In this document: in pieces, positions 19,029 through 28,213 of the stretch
How positions within the stretch are numbered: position 1 is the first letter of the stretch
How the letters are laid out: every line of letters starts with the position of its first letter
Virus record (IMG/VR): IMGVR_UViG_3300027805_000006
Length of the DNA stretch: 64,000 bases
Direction: 5' to 3' (one strand)
Source: a virus
Taxonomy: Duplodnaviria; Caudoviricetes
Translations under genes and position numbers: made by a program
The notes under the pieces: generated by a model
What the model saw: the letters and a program-made list of their open reading frames with translations, nothing else
Told to the model about the DNA's origin: nothing
Databases searched by the model: none

Positions 19029-20405
19029 TTAAAAGGAAAGAGCCTTCAGTTCACGACGATACATCTCAACAGCAGTGTCTTTCATAATCTTATCCATCTC
19101 ATTCTTGAGGTCCTGTAGTTTCTTATTTAGTTCCTCAATTCTGTCACGTGTAAGAGACCAGATCTGCATTGAAAGAAGACGATCGTAATCATCAAACTTG
19201 TTCTCAAGAAGAATAGCGATAAGGTCCTTCTTTGAGGTATCACGAAAGACCTTCACGTTTGCGAGGTAGAAGCGGATGAAGCGGATAACCTCGCTTGCAT
19301 ACCGAATTTGCTCAGTAAGATCAGCGATGATGTGCTGCCGGCGCGCCTCCATCATTTGAACCCGCCACTTCACGAAGATGTCAATAATTTCTTCAGGGCT
19401 ACTGTAGCGCGTAAGAATGCCCTCAGTTGACCAGCACGTAATGTTCTCTGTATCCCTGCTTATTAGACCAAACTTCTTGTGAAGTTCTTCAGCATCCATT
19501 GCTGTAGTGCTACGAGGAACGCTGATGATGAACTCAAAGCCTTGTTCAGTTGAACGATCCTCATAGTCCTTGATGATCTCGGCGTCCTCAAGTTTATGCA
19601 GCCGCTCCTTGTATTGGTCAAGGTATGTTCCTACCGGAAGTTCAGTTATCTTGATGGTCGTGCTGTTTACAATCTCCATCTTGCCAGTAATTACCACCTG
19701 ACCAGTTTCAGAATTGCGCGAAACATCTCCAGAAAACCCGTTGAACCAAGGCGTAAGAGTACCAGGCTTTAGTTTCTTTCCAGCAAGAGCAGAAAGACAT
19801 GCATTGCGAACTTCATCAGGGTTGTAATTCATGATGAAGCAAGCATGACCAGTACCCGTGCCCTGAGCACCATTCACGAGCACCATCGGAAGAAGAGGAG
19901 CATAGGTCTTTGGTTCAATCTTTTCACCATCAACCTCGTGATGCTCGAGAATTGCATCATCAGCCTTAGGGAAAAGAGCACGAAACCAAGGAGACAACTT
20001 CGTTTCGATGTAGCGATGCGCAGCAGATTCAGCAGTAAGGCGGGAACCAAACTGACCTTCTGGGATGAAGAGGTTAAGGTTGTTAGAGCCTGCATAGTTG
20101 TTCGCCATTCCAACAATCGTTTGCGCCAGGCTTCCAGTGCCGTGGTGATAGTCAGTGGCTGCGGCTACCTGAGCAGCCAGGCGCTCAACTTGAATAAGAC
20201 CCGCATTTTCACCGCGGATAAGCGTGCCGTAGATTGCCTTCCGCTGAGATGGCTTTAGACCATCAGTTAGCATGGGAATAGATCGCACACCGTCATACAG
20301 CGAGAACTCCTTGAATGCAGTGTCGAAAAAGTGACGCATTGGAATGCGACGGGCGCTCAATTGATACTGATTTGGTGCGGTGCTCTTTTGTGCCATAGTT
20401 TTCAT
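19029..20405 (-). CDS. Type IIA topoisomerase medium subunit (T4 gp52 / GyrA-ParC-like)
   Basis: [26 protein letters not shown] (active-site Tyr), NGAQGTGTG. Confidence 0.96.
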   Translation of the reverse strand: MKTMAQKSTAPNQYQLSARRIPMRHFFDTAFKEFSLYDGVRSIPMLTDGLKPSQRKAIYGTLIRGENAGLIQVERLAAQVAAATDYHHGTGSLAQTIVGMANNYAGSNNLNLFIPEGQFGSRLTAESAAHRYIETKLSPWFRALFPKADDAILEHHEVDGEKIEPKTYAPLLPMVLVNGAQGTGTGHACFIMNYNPDEVRNACLSALAGKKLKPGTLTPWFNGFSGDVSRNSETGQVVITGKMEIVNSTTIKITELPVGTYLDQYKERLHKLEDAEIIKDYEDRSTEQGFEFIISVPRSTTAMDAEELHKKFGLISRDTENITCWSTEGILTRYSSPEEIIDIFVKWRVQMMEARRQHIIADLTEQIRYASEVIRFIRFYLANVKVFRDTSKKDLIAILLENKFDDYDRLLSMQIWSLTRDRIEELNKKLQDLKNEMDKIMKDTAVEMYRRELKALSF

Positions 20406-20441
20406 GAATAGTTGGTGAATAGTTGGCTGAATGATATTATA

Positions 20442-22403
20442 TCACAAAGACTCAAGGATGTAATCCTCAAAGTTCTTTGCAGGAGTTTCTAGCCACTTCT
20501 TTCGGTCATTTGCACGTTCGGGATTAAATGCTAAGTCAACTGCCTGCTTGTCTTCCTCTCCCTCACATGTAATTTGGAAGAGGTATTGATCTAGATGTTC
20601 CATATATGGAATAAAGTCAGGAGTCTTCGTGGTACCCAAACCCTTGAAGAATCTATGTGACCAACCCTTCGTAGAAGCGCCTGGCCCATTTGCCCATTCC
20701 TTGAACTCGCGCTCTGTGAAGAATTCCAAAACGGTCTTGTCCTTCAGATATACCTTCACTGTAGGAGTACGGAGGATGTGGACGAAGCCCAGGCGGAAGA
20801 GCTCCGGCCAGAAGGTGTCGAACACGTTCATCAGCAGACCGGCGATGTGGGCACCGTCGACGTCAGCGTCGGTTGCGAAGGCGACCTTACCGAAGTTGAG
20901 CTCGGTGAGGGACTTGACTGGCTCGCCGATCTTCAGGCCGATGAGCGTCAGGATCTTCTGGATCTCGTTCGGCTCCGTCTTCTTGCCTTCCTTCTCGCGC
21001 TCCTTCTTCTTGTCGAGGCCGAGGACCCGACCGATGTCCTTCTCACGGACGTTGAGCGGCTTGCCCTTGAGCGGGAAGGTACCAATGTACGGGTTCTTGC
21101 CGCGAGCCGCGAAGAGGGACTTGGCAGCGGAGTCACCCTCGGCAAGGAAGAGAATGCACTTGTGCCGCTGGATGCGCTCTTGAGCATCTGCAAACTTATC
21201 AATGCGCCTGAAATTTACCTTGTCAGTTTCTTTATTGACCTTACGAAGATCGGCAAGGATTGCGGCTTGCTCCTTTGCTTGAACCCAATCAAGAATAGAC
21301 TTGATGATTTCGGTCTTTACAAGTTTGTTGATGAACTTGTCTGGAACTGTCCAAGATGTTTTCCATTCAGAAGAAGGAGAAATCATATTCTCCTTGGTCT
21401 GAGATGAGAAGCGCGGACGATTAATGCTCGCGCTAATATAGATCCGCATATGCCCACGAATATCACCGGGGGATACCTTAACCTTATGCCGCTTTTCGAT
21501 GTGGGCGCGCAGCGAATCCACAATCTGATTAATTGCGTAGGTAACGTGGGTGCCACCTTGAAAAGTCTCAACTGAATTTACGAAACTGATCTGCTCAAAA
21601 CCATCAGACTTCGTAATACCGACTTTCCAGTCGGGCGTTTCGTCATACACGTATTCGGGATCATACAGCGCGATGTAGTCATCAAAACCACGCGTCATGA
21701 TCCTATCGCCATTGATATAGAACTTAACGCTTGGGTTTGTAGCCGCAGCATCAACAACCTTCTTGACAATTCGAAGGCGATGATCTTCATCAAGCCCCTT
21801 TAACTTGAAGAACTCGTAGTCAGGAGTAAAGGTGATCTTTGTGAAATGCTTGTCGTGATCTCTTACCTTCGGTTCAGAGCGCTTGCGCATTCCTTCAGTA
21901 AATTCCTGCTTGAACAACTTCTTGCCATCGGCGCTCTCAATCTTGAAACTGGTTGAAAGCACGTTGGTCAGTGTAGAGCCTACACCGTTAGTGCCAATCA
22001 ACTGCTGATCTTCTTCATCATTGAAGTTTGAACCAGCACGGAGATTTGAAAACACGGTTTCGGCAACGTACCTGCCAGTTTGCGGGTGAATTTCTACTGG
22101 AATACCACGACCATTATCCAGAACTGAAATTGAACCATCATCAGAGAGTTCAACCCTGATGCTGTCCATTACATCAGAAGCCCGGCGGCTTTCATCAATG
22201 GCATTGTCAAGGATTTCAGAGAAGATCTTAATGAATGCTGGGATAGTTGTAATTTCCCGCTGCATCATCTTCTTTGAAGCGGTATCATAGACCCACTCAG
22301 TGGATGTCTGGAGGGAGGTTGAACCCGCGTACATACCAGTTCTTTTCCTGATGTGCTCAATTTCATCCAACACCTGGTACGTTTGTGCAATTTGCTTTGA
22401 CAT
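20442..22403 (-). CDS. Type IIA topoisomerase large subunit (fused T4 gp39+gp60 / GyrB-ParE-like)
   Basis: EILDNAIDE, DNGRGIP, GTNGVG, EGDSA, PLKGK, DADVDG, KGLGT. Confidence 0.97.
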   Translation of the reverse strand: MSKQIAQTYQVLDEIEHIRKRTGMYAGSTSLQTSTEWVYDTASKKMMQREITTIPAFIKIFSEILDNAIDESRRASDVMDSIRVELSDDGSISVLDNGRGIPVEIHPQTGRYVAETVFSNLRAGSNFNDEEDQQLIGTNGVGSTLTNVLSTSFKIESADGKKLFKQEFTEGMRKRSEPKVRDHDKHFTKITFTPDYEFFKLKGLDEDHRLRIVKKVVDAAATNPSVKFYINGDRIMTRGFDDYIALYDPEYVYDETPDWKVGITKSDGFEQISFVNSVETFQGGTHVTYAINQIVDSLRAHIEKRHKVKVSPGDIRGHMRIYISASINRPRFSSQTKENMISPSSEWKTSWTVPDKFINKLVKTEIIKSILDWVQAKEQAAILADLRKVNKETDKVNFRRIDKFADAQERIQRHKCILFLAEGDSAAKSLFAARGKNPYIGTFPLKGKPLNVREKDIGRVLGLDKKKEREKEGKKTEPNEIQKILTLIGLKIGEPVKSLTELNFGKVAFATDADVDGAHIAGLLMNVFDTFWPELFRLGFVHILRTPTVKVYLKDKTVLEFFTEREFKEWANGPGASTKGWSHRFFKGLGTTKTPDFIPYMEHLDQYLFQITCEGEEDKQAVDLAFNPERANDRKKWLETPAKNFEDYILESL

Positions 22404-22432
22404 AGTTGTTTCACTTCACTGAAGATAAAGTG

Positions 22433-22448
22433 ATTATATACTGTTTTT
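22433..22448 (-). promoter_or_regulatory. Early/middle-type promoter AAAAACAGTATATAAT
   Basis: TATAAT -10 with an upstream AAAAC element; the motif recurs at 25911, 30971 and 61000. Confidence 0.55.
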
Positions 22449-22470
22449 GACCAAAAAGAAATAAAATATT

Positions 22471-22499
22471 TTTCACCTGGTGGTTTTTACCAGGTGAAA
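22471..22499. terminator. 11-bp hairpin between the kinase and topoisomerase genes
   Basis: TTTCACCTGGT-GGTTTTT-ACCAGGTGAAA. Confidence 0.55.
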
Positions 22500-22520
22500 T
22501 GTAGCAGTTTCTAGCAATAA

Positions 22521-23228
22521 TCAACCCATTCCGGCTGCTACTCTGGTGTTTCTAAGAGCAATACCTTCTTCAACCATCTTAACTGCCTTGGGAAGATCAT
22601 CCCCGGGAACTACAAGATCCCAATTGAAAAGATTAATCCACCGGCGCTCATTACTAGTACAGCTTACTACCCTGCGCTGATGCTCAGTTGCTAGTTGGGA
22701 AAGAGTTCTCTTTGCAATTTCTGCACCTGTTTGAAAGAACTCATTGGTGTATTTTCCCGGTGATGGCTGCAACATATCAACAACATCCCAGGAATTTGCA
22801 ATGGTTCGATGGAGCAGGCGCTGAAGGCGCTGTTCTTCCACACAATGAACGTAGATCTTGAAAATATCCCAACCATTCTGGAAACACTTCTTCATATAGA
22901 TTTCCAAGCCATTGGGCTCAAGTACAACAACCGGAGGTGTATCTGCTTCCATCTTCTTTTTCATTTCTACGTGTGTTACACCATAACGCGTCTTATTGAA
23001 TTCTACAAGTTCAAAAAACAGACCATCGGCTTCTGCTTCCTTCGACTGTTGGTTGCTAATAAAGTTGTAATCAATACCTTCTTTTTCATCTCGCCTTGGG
23101 TGACGTGTGGTTGTACTGACGATCCTGCCAAATCCCTGCTTTGAAACAAGTTCATTCAGCAAGTAACTTTTACCGCTGCAGGTAGGGGCAGTAATGGCTA
23201 TAAGAGTTGGTTTATTGAACTTTAACAT
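22521..23228 (-). CDS. Guanylate-kinase-like NMP kinase
   Basis: APTCSGKS P-loop; VSTTTR.PR..E.EG.DY.FIS; YGVT. Confidence 0.85.
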   Translation of the reverse strand: MLKFNKPTLIAITAPTCSGKSYLLNELVSKQGFGRIVSTTTRHPRRDEKEGIDYNFISNQQSKEAEADGLFFELVEFNKTRYGVTHVEMKKKMEADTPPVVVLEPNGLEIYMKKCFQNGWDIFKIYVHCVEEQRLQRLLHRTIANSWDVVDMLQPSPGKYTNEFFQTGAEIAKRTLSQLATEHQRRVVSCTSNERRWINLFNWDLVVPGDDLPKAVKMVEEGIALRNTRVAAGMG

Positions 23229-23246
23229 ATTAATTATCCCTTCGGC

Positions 23247-24443
23247 TTATTGATTATGCTCTGCTAAAAATTTCCCAGCGGTGCGTAGTGATTGAATAAT
23301 GACTGCCCACATATCAAGATATTGAAATGTACCGCATCGCCCAATGAATGTCACTCCCCTTTTATTTTCTGCCATATCGACATATCGATTGTAGAGGGCA
23401 CGATGGGGACAGTCCTTTTCTGTTGTCTTTACGGGGTAGTACCGCTCCAAAGAGTTGTCACGGTAATCACAGGGCTCCTCTACAGTTAGAGTTGTCCAGT
23501 GGGGGTTATCTCCGTGCGACGGCAAGTTTTTCCATTCTGTAACTCGCGTATGAGGACCAGAATGGGTAAAATTTAAAACTGATGTGCTTAGCACCCGTGG
23601 TAGTGGTACAGAGTACGTGTTCATCTTAACCGATCGCCAAGGTAGTTCTCCTAAAGAACAATCGAAATACATATCAATTGGTTCAGAAGTAAAAATGTGC
23701 TTAAATTCCTCTTTTTTCTGCACTTCGTCTCTTGAGCAGTTTAACTGTACGCTAATGTTTTCGTGATCTAAAATACGACGGAACATTTCAGTGTAACCAT
23801 CTTTTGGCAGAAACTGGTACTTATCTTTTGGAAAATAGAGATAACTACGTGTTTCAACGTTTGTTGGAATCCTTGCCGCAACTGAGGCAGGCAGTTCTTC
23901 AAGTTCTAGCCCCCACATCTTCTTCGTGTAAGGCGCAAAAAAGAGATCACATAGTTCTTTTCCAACTGAGTTTTCAACGTGCTGACGGCTGTTGGTTACG
24001 GTTGGGTGGTGCTCAACCAACGTCTCAAGGAAGGCTGCATGCGAGCCCTTCTTGTAGTCGATCATAGCACCTTCTGCATCGTAGTCGATCTGGTCGTTGC
24101 GATCTGCCCAGACATCGAACTGATCAACGAAGACTTCCTCGATGGTATCGTGGTTGATGGGTAGAGGAACACACGTACCATTTGGCAGAAGAGCCTCAAC
24201 CTCGTGCTTGTACTCAACCCAATCAGTAAAGCGTGATGCCCATTTCTGCACATCGTCGTTGGACGTGTGCCATAGATGGGGGCCATACTTATGAACGCGG
24301 ATGCCGTGCTCATTCACGTAGTCATATGCATTTCCAGCGATATGGTCACGCTTGTCAATAACAAGCACCTTTTCACCAGCCTCAGCCAGTTCTCGTGCAA
24401 CAGTAGCACCCGCAAATCCAGCGCCGACAATTAAAATTCTCAT
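23247..24443 (-). CDS. glf: UDP-galactopyranose mutase
   Basis: IVGAGFAG FAD motif, DKRDHIAGNAYD, HKYGPH, FFAPYTKKMWG, RVTEWK, RYYP, GRCGTFQYLDM. Confidence 0.95.
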   Translation of the reverse strand: MRILIVGAGFAGATVARELAEAGEKVLVIDKRDHIAGNAYDYVNEHGIRVHKYGPHLWHTSNDDVQKWASRFTDWVEYKHEVEALLPNGTCVPLPINHDTIEEVFVDQFDVWADRNDQIDYDAEGAMIDYKKGSHAAFLETLVEHHPTVTNSRQHVENSVGKELCDLFFAPYTKKMWGLELEELPASVAARIPTNVETRSYLYFPKDKYQFLPKDGYTEMFRRILDHENISVQLNCSRDEVQKKEEFKHIFTSEPIDMYFDCSLGELPWRSVKMNTYSVPLPRVLSTSVLNFTHSGPHTRVTEWKNLPSHGDNPHWTTLTVEEPCDYRDNSLERYYPVKTTEKDCPHRALYNRYVDMAENKRGVTFIGRCGTFQYLDMWAVIIQSLRTAGKFLAEHNQ

Positions 24444-24467
24444 TTGAATTATCCTTAGTTACAAGAT

Positions 24468-24704
24468 TTAAATATCCTCTACAGCATACTCAATTTCTTC
24501 GGATGAAACTGGAGACTTTAGAATTACGCTTAGAACGGTGTGAATTGACTTTGCTACCGCCAGCTCGCCTTGGTCCTCGCGAAACTGCCGCAGAACATCT
24601 AGGTTGTACGTAATAAGCGGAACATCAGGCTTATCGTGCAGGAAGAAGGAAAGAACTTCCTGTCCGTCTTGATTAGAAACCTGCTTAAAAAATCGATAGT
24701 TCAT
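24468..24704 (-). CDS. Hypothetical protein (78 aa)
   Basis: ATGA-coupled to the glycosyltransferase gene. Confidence 0.7.
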   Translation of the reverse strand: MNYRFFKQVSNQDGQEVLSFFLHDKPDVPLITYNLDVLRQFREDQGELAVAKSIHTVLSVILKSPVSSEEIEYAVEDI

Positions 24705-25867
24705 TTTTGAGCCTCCAGTACTGCTTTGATTTCTTGCTGCTGAACGTTCTTGTCCAGCGGGTGAATTGAATAGATTGCCTGCTTTTGTGCATCAGCAATG
24801 TGTGAGAGTTCGCTGTCACTAGCGTGAATAAGGTCAGTCGCCTTTAGATCAATCAGAGGGAAGTCTTTGCCATAATAAACTTCAAGTTCTTTCTTCTCTC
24901 CGATAAGAATACAGTTTGCATCTGCAGTTTGCTGGGGACGTGAACGCCACCACCCGCTGCCAGCGTGTTCATAGCCGGGCATCAGACACGCCCAGTCACG
25001 GTAAAACACCTCGCACATCTGGTCTTCGGTAAGCCGCTTCTGTGTTTCTGCCTTTGAGCCATACAGATCAACTGGCCAGGAACCAATTGTACCTTCCTCA
25101 TCATTCTTAGGATTGCCAGTATATCCCTGCTTCTTTAGCCACTTCTGCGTCTTTGATTGGACCAAACTTGCAAAGTTGAATCGACGCTCCTTCTTTGGTG
25201 CAGGCCCAGCAGTATATGATAGAAGTGATGGCGTAAAGGTTGAGTCTTCTACTCCTTCGTGAAGGAAATCACCTGGCTTGCGGTTGCGGTGATACGGGTT
25301 AGGGTTGAAGGTGTAGATGCGGTCACGCGGGTATTTTACCGCATCAAAGAGCAGGTGCGGACCATAATTCTCAGGATCGTTCAAGTGTGTAGTGTCAAAA
25401 GCACATACCAACATCCGATTCTTTCGAGTGATGATAGTATTAATTGCCTGAAGATAGATCTCCTTGTGCTTAGTGACTTCCTCGATTGTGGTCTTGTTCA
25501 CACCTAATATAAAGTCACAGGACAGTTCTTCCCATTTTTGGCACTTTTCGAGTCCTTTGAACAAATCGGGTGCTTGCCAATCGTCAACCCCAAGAATGCA
25601 ATCAGGACGCTGGCTGATTGCCCACAGTCCTTTAAATGTATGTGTTGCAACCAGTTGGCGAGGACCGGCAATATAAACAATTACTTCATCATATGAGGAG
25701 AGATCTTCACCGATTTCAACCTCACGCTGCTCAACCTGATGCCCCATATCTACAAGCGCATTAAATAGACTGTAATGCGCAGGCACCACCTTTAAATTCA
25801 TTTTGAGATAGTGCTTACGCACACTCTGTGATTTATTCATACCGGTGATCAAGATTTTCTTCTTCAT
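24701..25867 (-). CDS. GT-B glycosyltransferase resembling T4 beta-glucosyltransferase; probable DNA glycosyltransferase
   Basis: KILITGMN..KVVP...LFNALVDMG..V...DLSSYDEVIV parallels the recalled T4 BGT N-terminus (KIAIINMG..KTVP...LFKVISEMG..V...DVNDYDRLIV). VDDW falls at the catalytic Asp position; ACLMPG...WRSR..T parallels AALIIG...TLR.WE. Confidence 0.6.
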   Translation of the reverse strand: MKKKILITGMNKSQSVRKHYLKMNLKVVPAHYSLFNALVDMGHQVEQREVEIGEDLSSYDEVIVYIAGPRQLVATHTFKGLWAISQRPDCILGVDDWQAPDLFKGLEKCQKWEELSCDFILGVNKTTIEEVTKHKEIYLQAINTIITRKNRMLVCAFDTTHLNDPENYGPHLLFDAVKYPRDRIYTFNPNPYHRNRKPGDFLHEGVEDSTFTPSLLSYTAGPAPKKERRFNFASLVQSKTQKWLKKQGYTGNPKNDEEGTIGSWPVDLYGSKAETQKRLTEDQMCEVFYRDWACLMPGYEHAGSGWWRSRPQQTADANCILIGEKKELEVYYGKDFPLIDLKATDLIHASDSELSHIADAQKQAIYSIHPLDKNVQQQEIKAVLEAQK

Positions 25868-25910
25868 TTTATTCCTTTAAAGTAAGGGCCCCACACCTAT
25901 ATACCTAGGT

Positions 25911-25924
25911 ATTATACACGTTTT
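25911..25924 (-). promoter_or_regulatory. Early/middle-type promoter AAAACGTGTATAAT
   Basis: Extended -10 TGTATAAT upstream of the GT-glf-kinase operon. Confidence 0.55.
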
Positions 25925-25987
25925 AAAAATTAATACAGAATTTTTTAAAGGTCGAAAAAATGCTCACCCGCCTTGGCTGAAGCATTC

Positions 25988-26206
25988 TTAAAACCTCATC
26001 ACTTCATCTACTACAAGTTTATCTGCCTCTAAGAGTGCAATCTTTTCACTGAGTTCTTCTGGACTTCTGACATATAGAAACTTGTTTGATGCTAGCGTCT
26101 TTTTTGGGTCAGCAGAGCAGTAGATAAATGTCACGTATCCTTGCTGCTTTGCTGTGATGAAATCTTCCTGTAGTGTCTCAGCAGTACTGAGAGATGTAAC
26201 CTTCAC
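25988..26206 (-). pseudogene. Probable C-terminal remnant of a BGT-like glucosyltransferase
   Basis: VTFI...DPKK....FLYVRSPEELSEKIALLEAD resembles the recalled T4 BGT tail VMLI...DTKH....FYVNNRAELIDRVNELKHSD; only 72 aa. Confidence 0.4.
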
Positions 26207-26778
26207 GATAGAGCCTCACTCAAGATGACATCCTTGGGCTTGAACCCGCCCAGGGCCGGGTCAGTAACACTAATGATGCGCTTATCACGAATAATGGAGC
26301 GATTAAATGCAGCAACAAATCGATTTTGCTCTTCCATTCGGTCGTCTTCGCCGCCAAGACTTTCGCCATCATCTACAAAGTGCCGAGATACTGAAAAATC
26401 CTCAGTGAGCAGGATTAGGCGAATATCAGCAGAGTCTAGGTGGTGATTTTTTTCAAAGTCAAACACGTAATCACCGCTATAGGCCCTATACATTGGTGAA
26501 TATACTGCCTCACCTAGGTGCCAGCGGTCAAAGATAATTCTGGCACCACTCTTTGCCATGATCATGGAATTCCTAAAACTTTCCTGTTGGTAGTGATATG
26601 ACTGCAGGCTTGTATTTGGAACTCCAGTAATAGGAGAAGAATGTGCATAGGCATTTAACTTCTTTGGCTTACTAAAGTGAATAACTTCGTAATAACCAAG
26701 GGTATTCAAAATACCCTCAATAAGAGAACTTTTTCCAAGGCGGTCGAGGCCTTCAATCGCAAATACGTGCTTCATCAT
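26203..26778 (-). CDS. Thymidylate-kinase-like dNMP kinase
   Basis: IEGLDRLGKSS P-loop; IFDRWHLGEAVYSPMYR. Confidence 0.85.
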   Translation of the reverse strand: MMKHVFAIEGLDRLGKSSLIEGILNTLGYYEVIHFSKPKKLNAYAHSSPITGVPNTSLQSYHYQQESFRNSMIMAKSGARIIFDRWHLGEAVYSPMYRAYSGDYVFDFEKNHHLDSADIRLILLTEDFSVSRHFVDDGESLGGEDDRMEEQNRFVAAFNRSIIRDKRIISVTDPALGGFKPKDVILSEALS

Positions 26779-27083
26779 ACCTCCAACGTTAGGTCATATT
26801 GACCAGTTTTTGTGTTTAAAACTACACCAGTATCGTCCTCAATGGTGGCATTCAAATCCACATTTGCATTGCTGTCATCTAAGAAGTCACTTCCGAAATC
26901 ATTTTCGATTATGTTGATTAGTTCGAATGCTGCCGTGGAATAAACTGAATTACCCCCTAAGCGAACACTACACACTAATGCAGTGATAAGTTCAAGTTGA
27001 TTTACATTGATTTGAAGTATGATGGAGCCATTCCCAATTACTGGTGCATCATCATCTTCGCTGTATCTTGATGAGATAATCAT
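26775..27083 (-). CDS. Hypothetical acidic protein (102 aa)
   Basis: ATGA-coupled at both ends. Confidence 0.7.
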   Translation of the reverse strand: MIISSRYSEDDDAPVIGNGSIILQINVNQLELITALVCSVRLGGNSVYSTAAFELINIIENDFGSDFLDDSNANVDLNATIEDDTGVVLNTKTGQYDLTLEV

Positions 27084-28204
27084 ATAAATCCAATTCCATT
27101 AGTTTTCTTTTGGTGAAGTTGCGTATTGAAAAGTTCTGCAAGCGTAAATTCGTTTCCATCTGGAAGTTCCTTATCTACGCCAGCTTCTTCATACACCTTC
27201 TTAGATTCATCGCGGGTAAGTGCCCTAAACTGCAGAACGTCAAAGCAACGTCCTTCACGTAGAAGAGCGCTGTCAATGTCCCTGATGTTTGGTAGGTTGG
27301 TTGAGAAGACTAGTTTCTTGTCAGCGGCAGACACAAGACCGTCTGATACATTGAGGAACTTATGCATCATTGAATTGCCATCTTGACGTGCAGAGAGAAA
27401 GGCATCTGCATCTTCCATCACAAGGAAGCTACAATCATCCTCAATAAACCCGGCAAAGAAGTCATCAGTGTTGAGAACCTTTTCATCATAGGCAACCTTA
27501 GCATCTCCGCCGGCTCGATGAATTAAATTCTTAATGAATGTTGTTTTGCCAGTGCCTGGCTGACCAATAAGAATTAAAACGTTTGCACTTGAATTTAGGA
27601 AATCTTCAATATACTCATTTAGCCCCTTGTTTAACCAAGGATAGGCGCTCTTTAACGCAGGGCGGTAGTTCAGCGGGACGGAAGTGCTATCACCACGTGC
27701 ATTATACACCCACTCGATCAGGTTCTCAGCACGCTTAAACTTATTATCAAAGTACTTTTCCCATTCTGAGCAAAAGGCTACACTTCCAACAAGATTTACA
27801 TCAATCTTTCCTTTTGCAGAATTCACAGTAAGAAGCCCATCATCATACTGCACAACAACCTTTGTGCTGTGGAAGAAGGTAAATGCCTCAAACTTCATAT
27901 CCACAACCCACTTGTTGAGCCTAAACTCAACAGGTGTAATCCAAGTGCAAGAAACATCTAGCGTCTGCACCTTGGATAAGAAACGGTTGCGCAGAAAATC
28001 TGCAAATACCCAGTCCTCTGAGCCATATACTCCCAGGACTACTTCTGGGCGAGCGATTTCTTGTTTGAACATATGAACATCCTCAAATATATTATGTGTA
28101 TGATGGTTTAGTTTTCGGCGCCGCATTTGTTTTACACTCCGTTTAATTGTACTTCTTCTTTTCCTAGAAAGTTTTGATATAAGCGAATTAATTGAATCAC
28201 TCAT
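27080..28204 (-). CDS. AAA+ ATPase
   Basis: GQPGTGKTT (Walker A), LVMEDAD (Walker B), FSTN, ALLREGRCFD (Arg finger). Confidence 0.88.
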   Translation of the reverse strand: MSDSINSLISKLSRKRRSTIKRSVKQMRRRKLNHHTHNIFEDVHMFKQEIARPEVVLGVYGSEDWVFADFLRNRFLSKVQTLDVSCTWITPVEFRLNKWVVDMKFEAFTFFHSTKVVVQYDDGLLTVNSAKGKIDVNLVGSVAFCSEWEKYFDNKFKRAENLIEWVYNARGDSTSVPLNYRPALKSAYPWLNKGLNEYIEDFLNSSANVLILIGQPGTGKTTFIKNLIHRAGGDAKVAYDEKVLNTDDFFAGFIEDDCSFLVMEDADAFLSARQDGNSMMHKFLNVSDGLVSAADKKLVFSTNLPNIRDIDSALLREGRCFDVLQFRALTRDESKKVYEEAGVDKELPDGNEFTLAELFNTQLHQKKTNGIGFI

Positions 28205-28213
28205 TTGGGCACC

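Noticed and set aside
20407-20430. Short tandem repeat GAATAGTTGG x2 upstream of gp52
   Set aside because: Only two copies and no recurrence elsewhere; likely a chance duplication.
20629-21407. Long alternative-frame ORFs (184, 209 and 84 aa) over the topoisomerase
   Set aside because: They arise from stop-codon depletion in the GC-rich tract and have no recognisable motifs.
23247-24443. glf as host contamination or an O-antigen conversion gene
   Set aside because: It is embedded in a phage operon between topoisomerase and nucleotide kinases, with no wzx/wzy/gtr genes. A surface-glycan role is not excluded but is less parsimonious.
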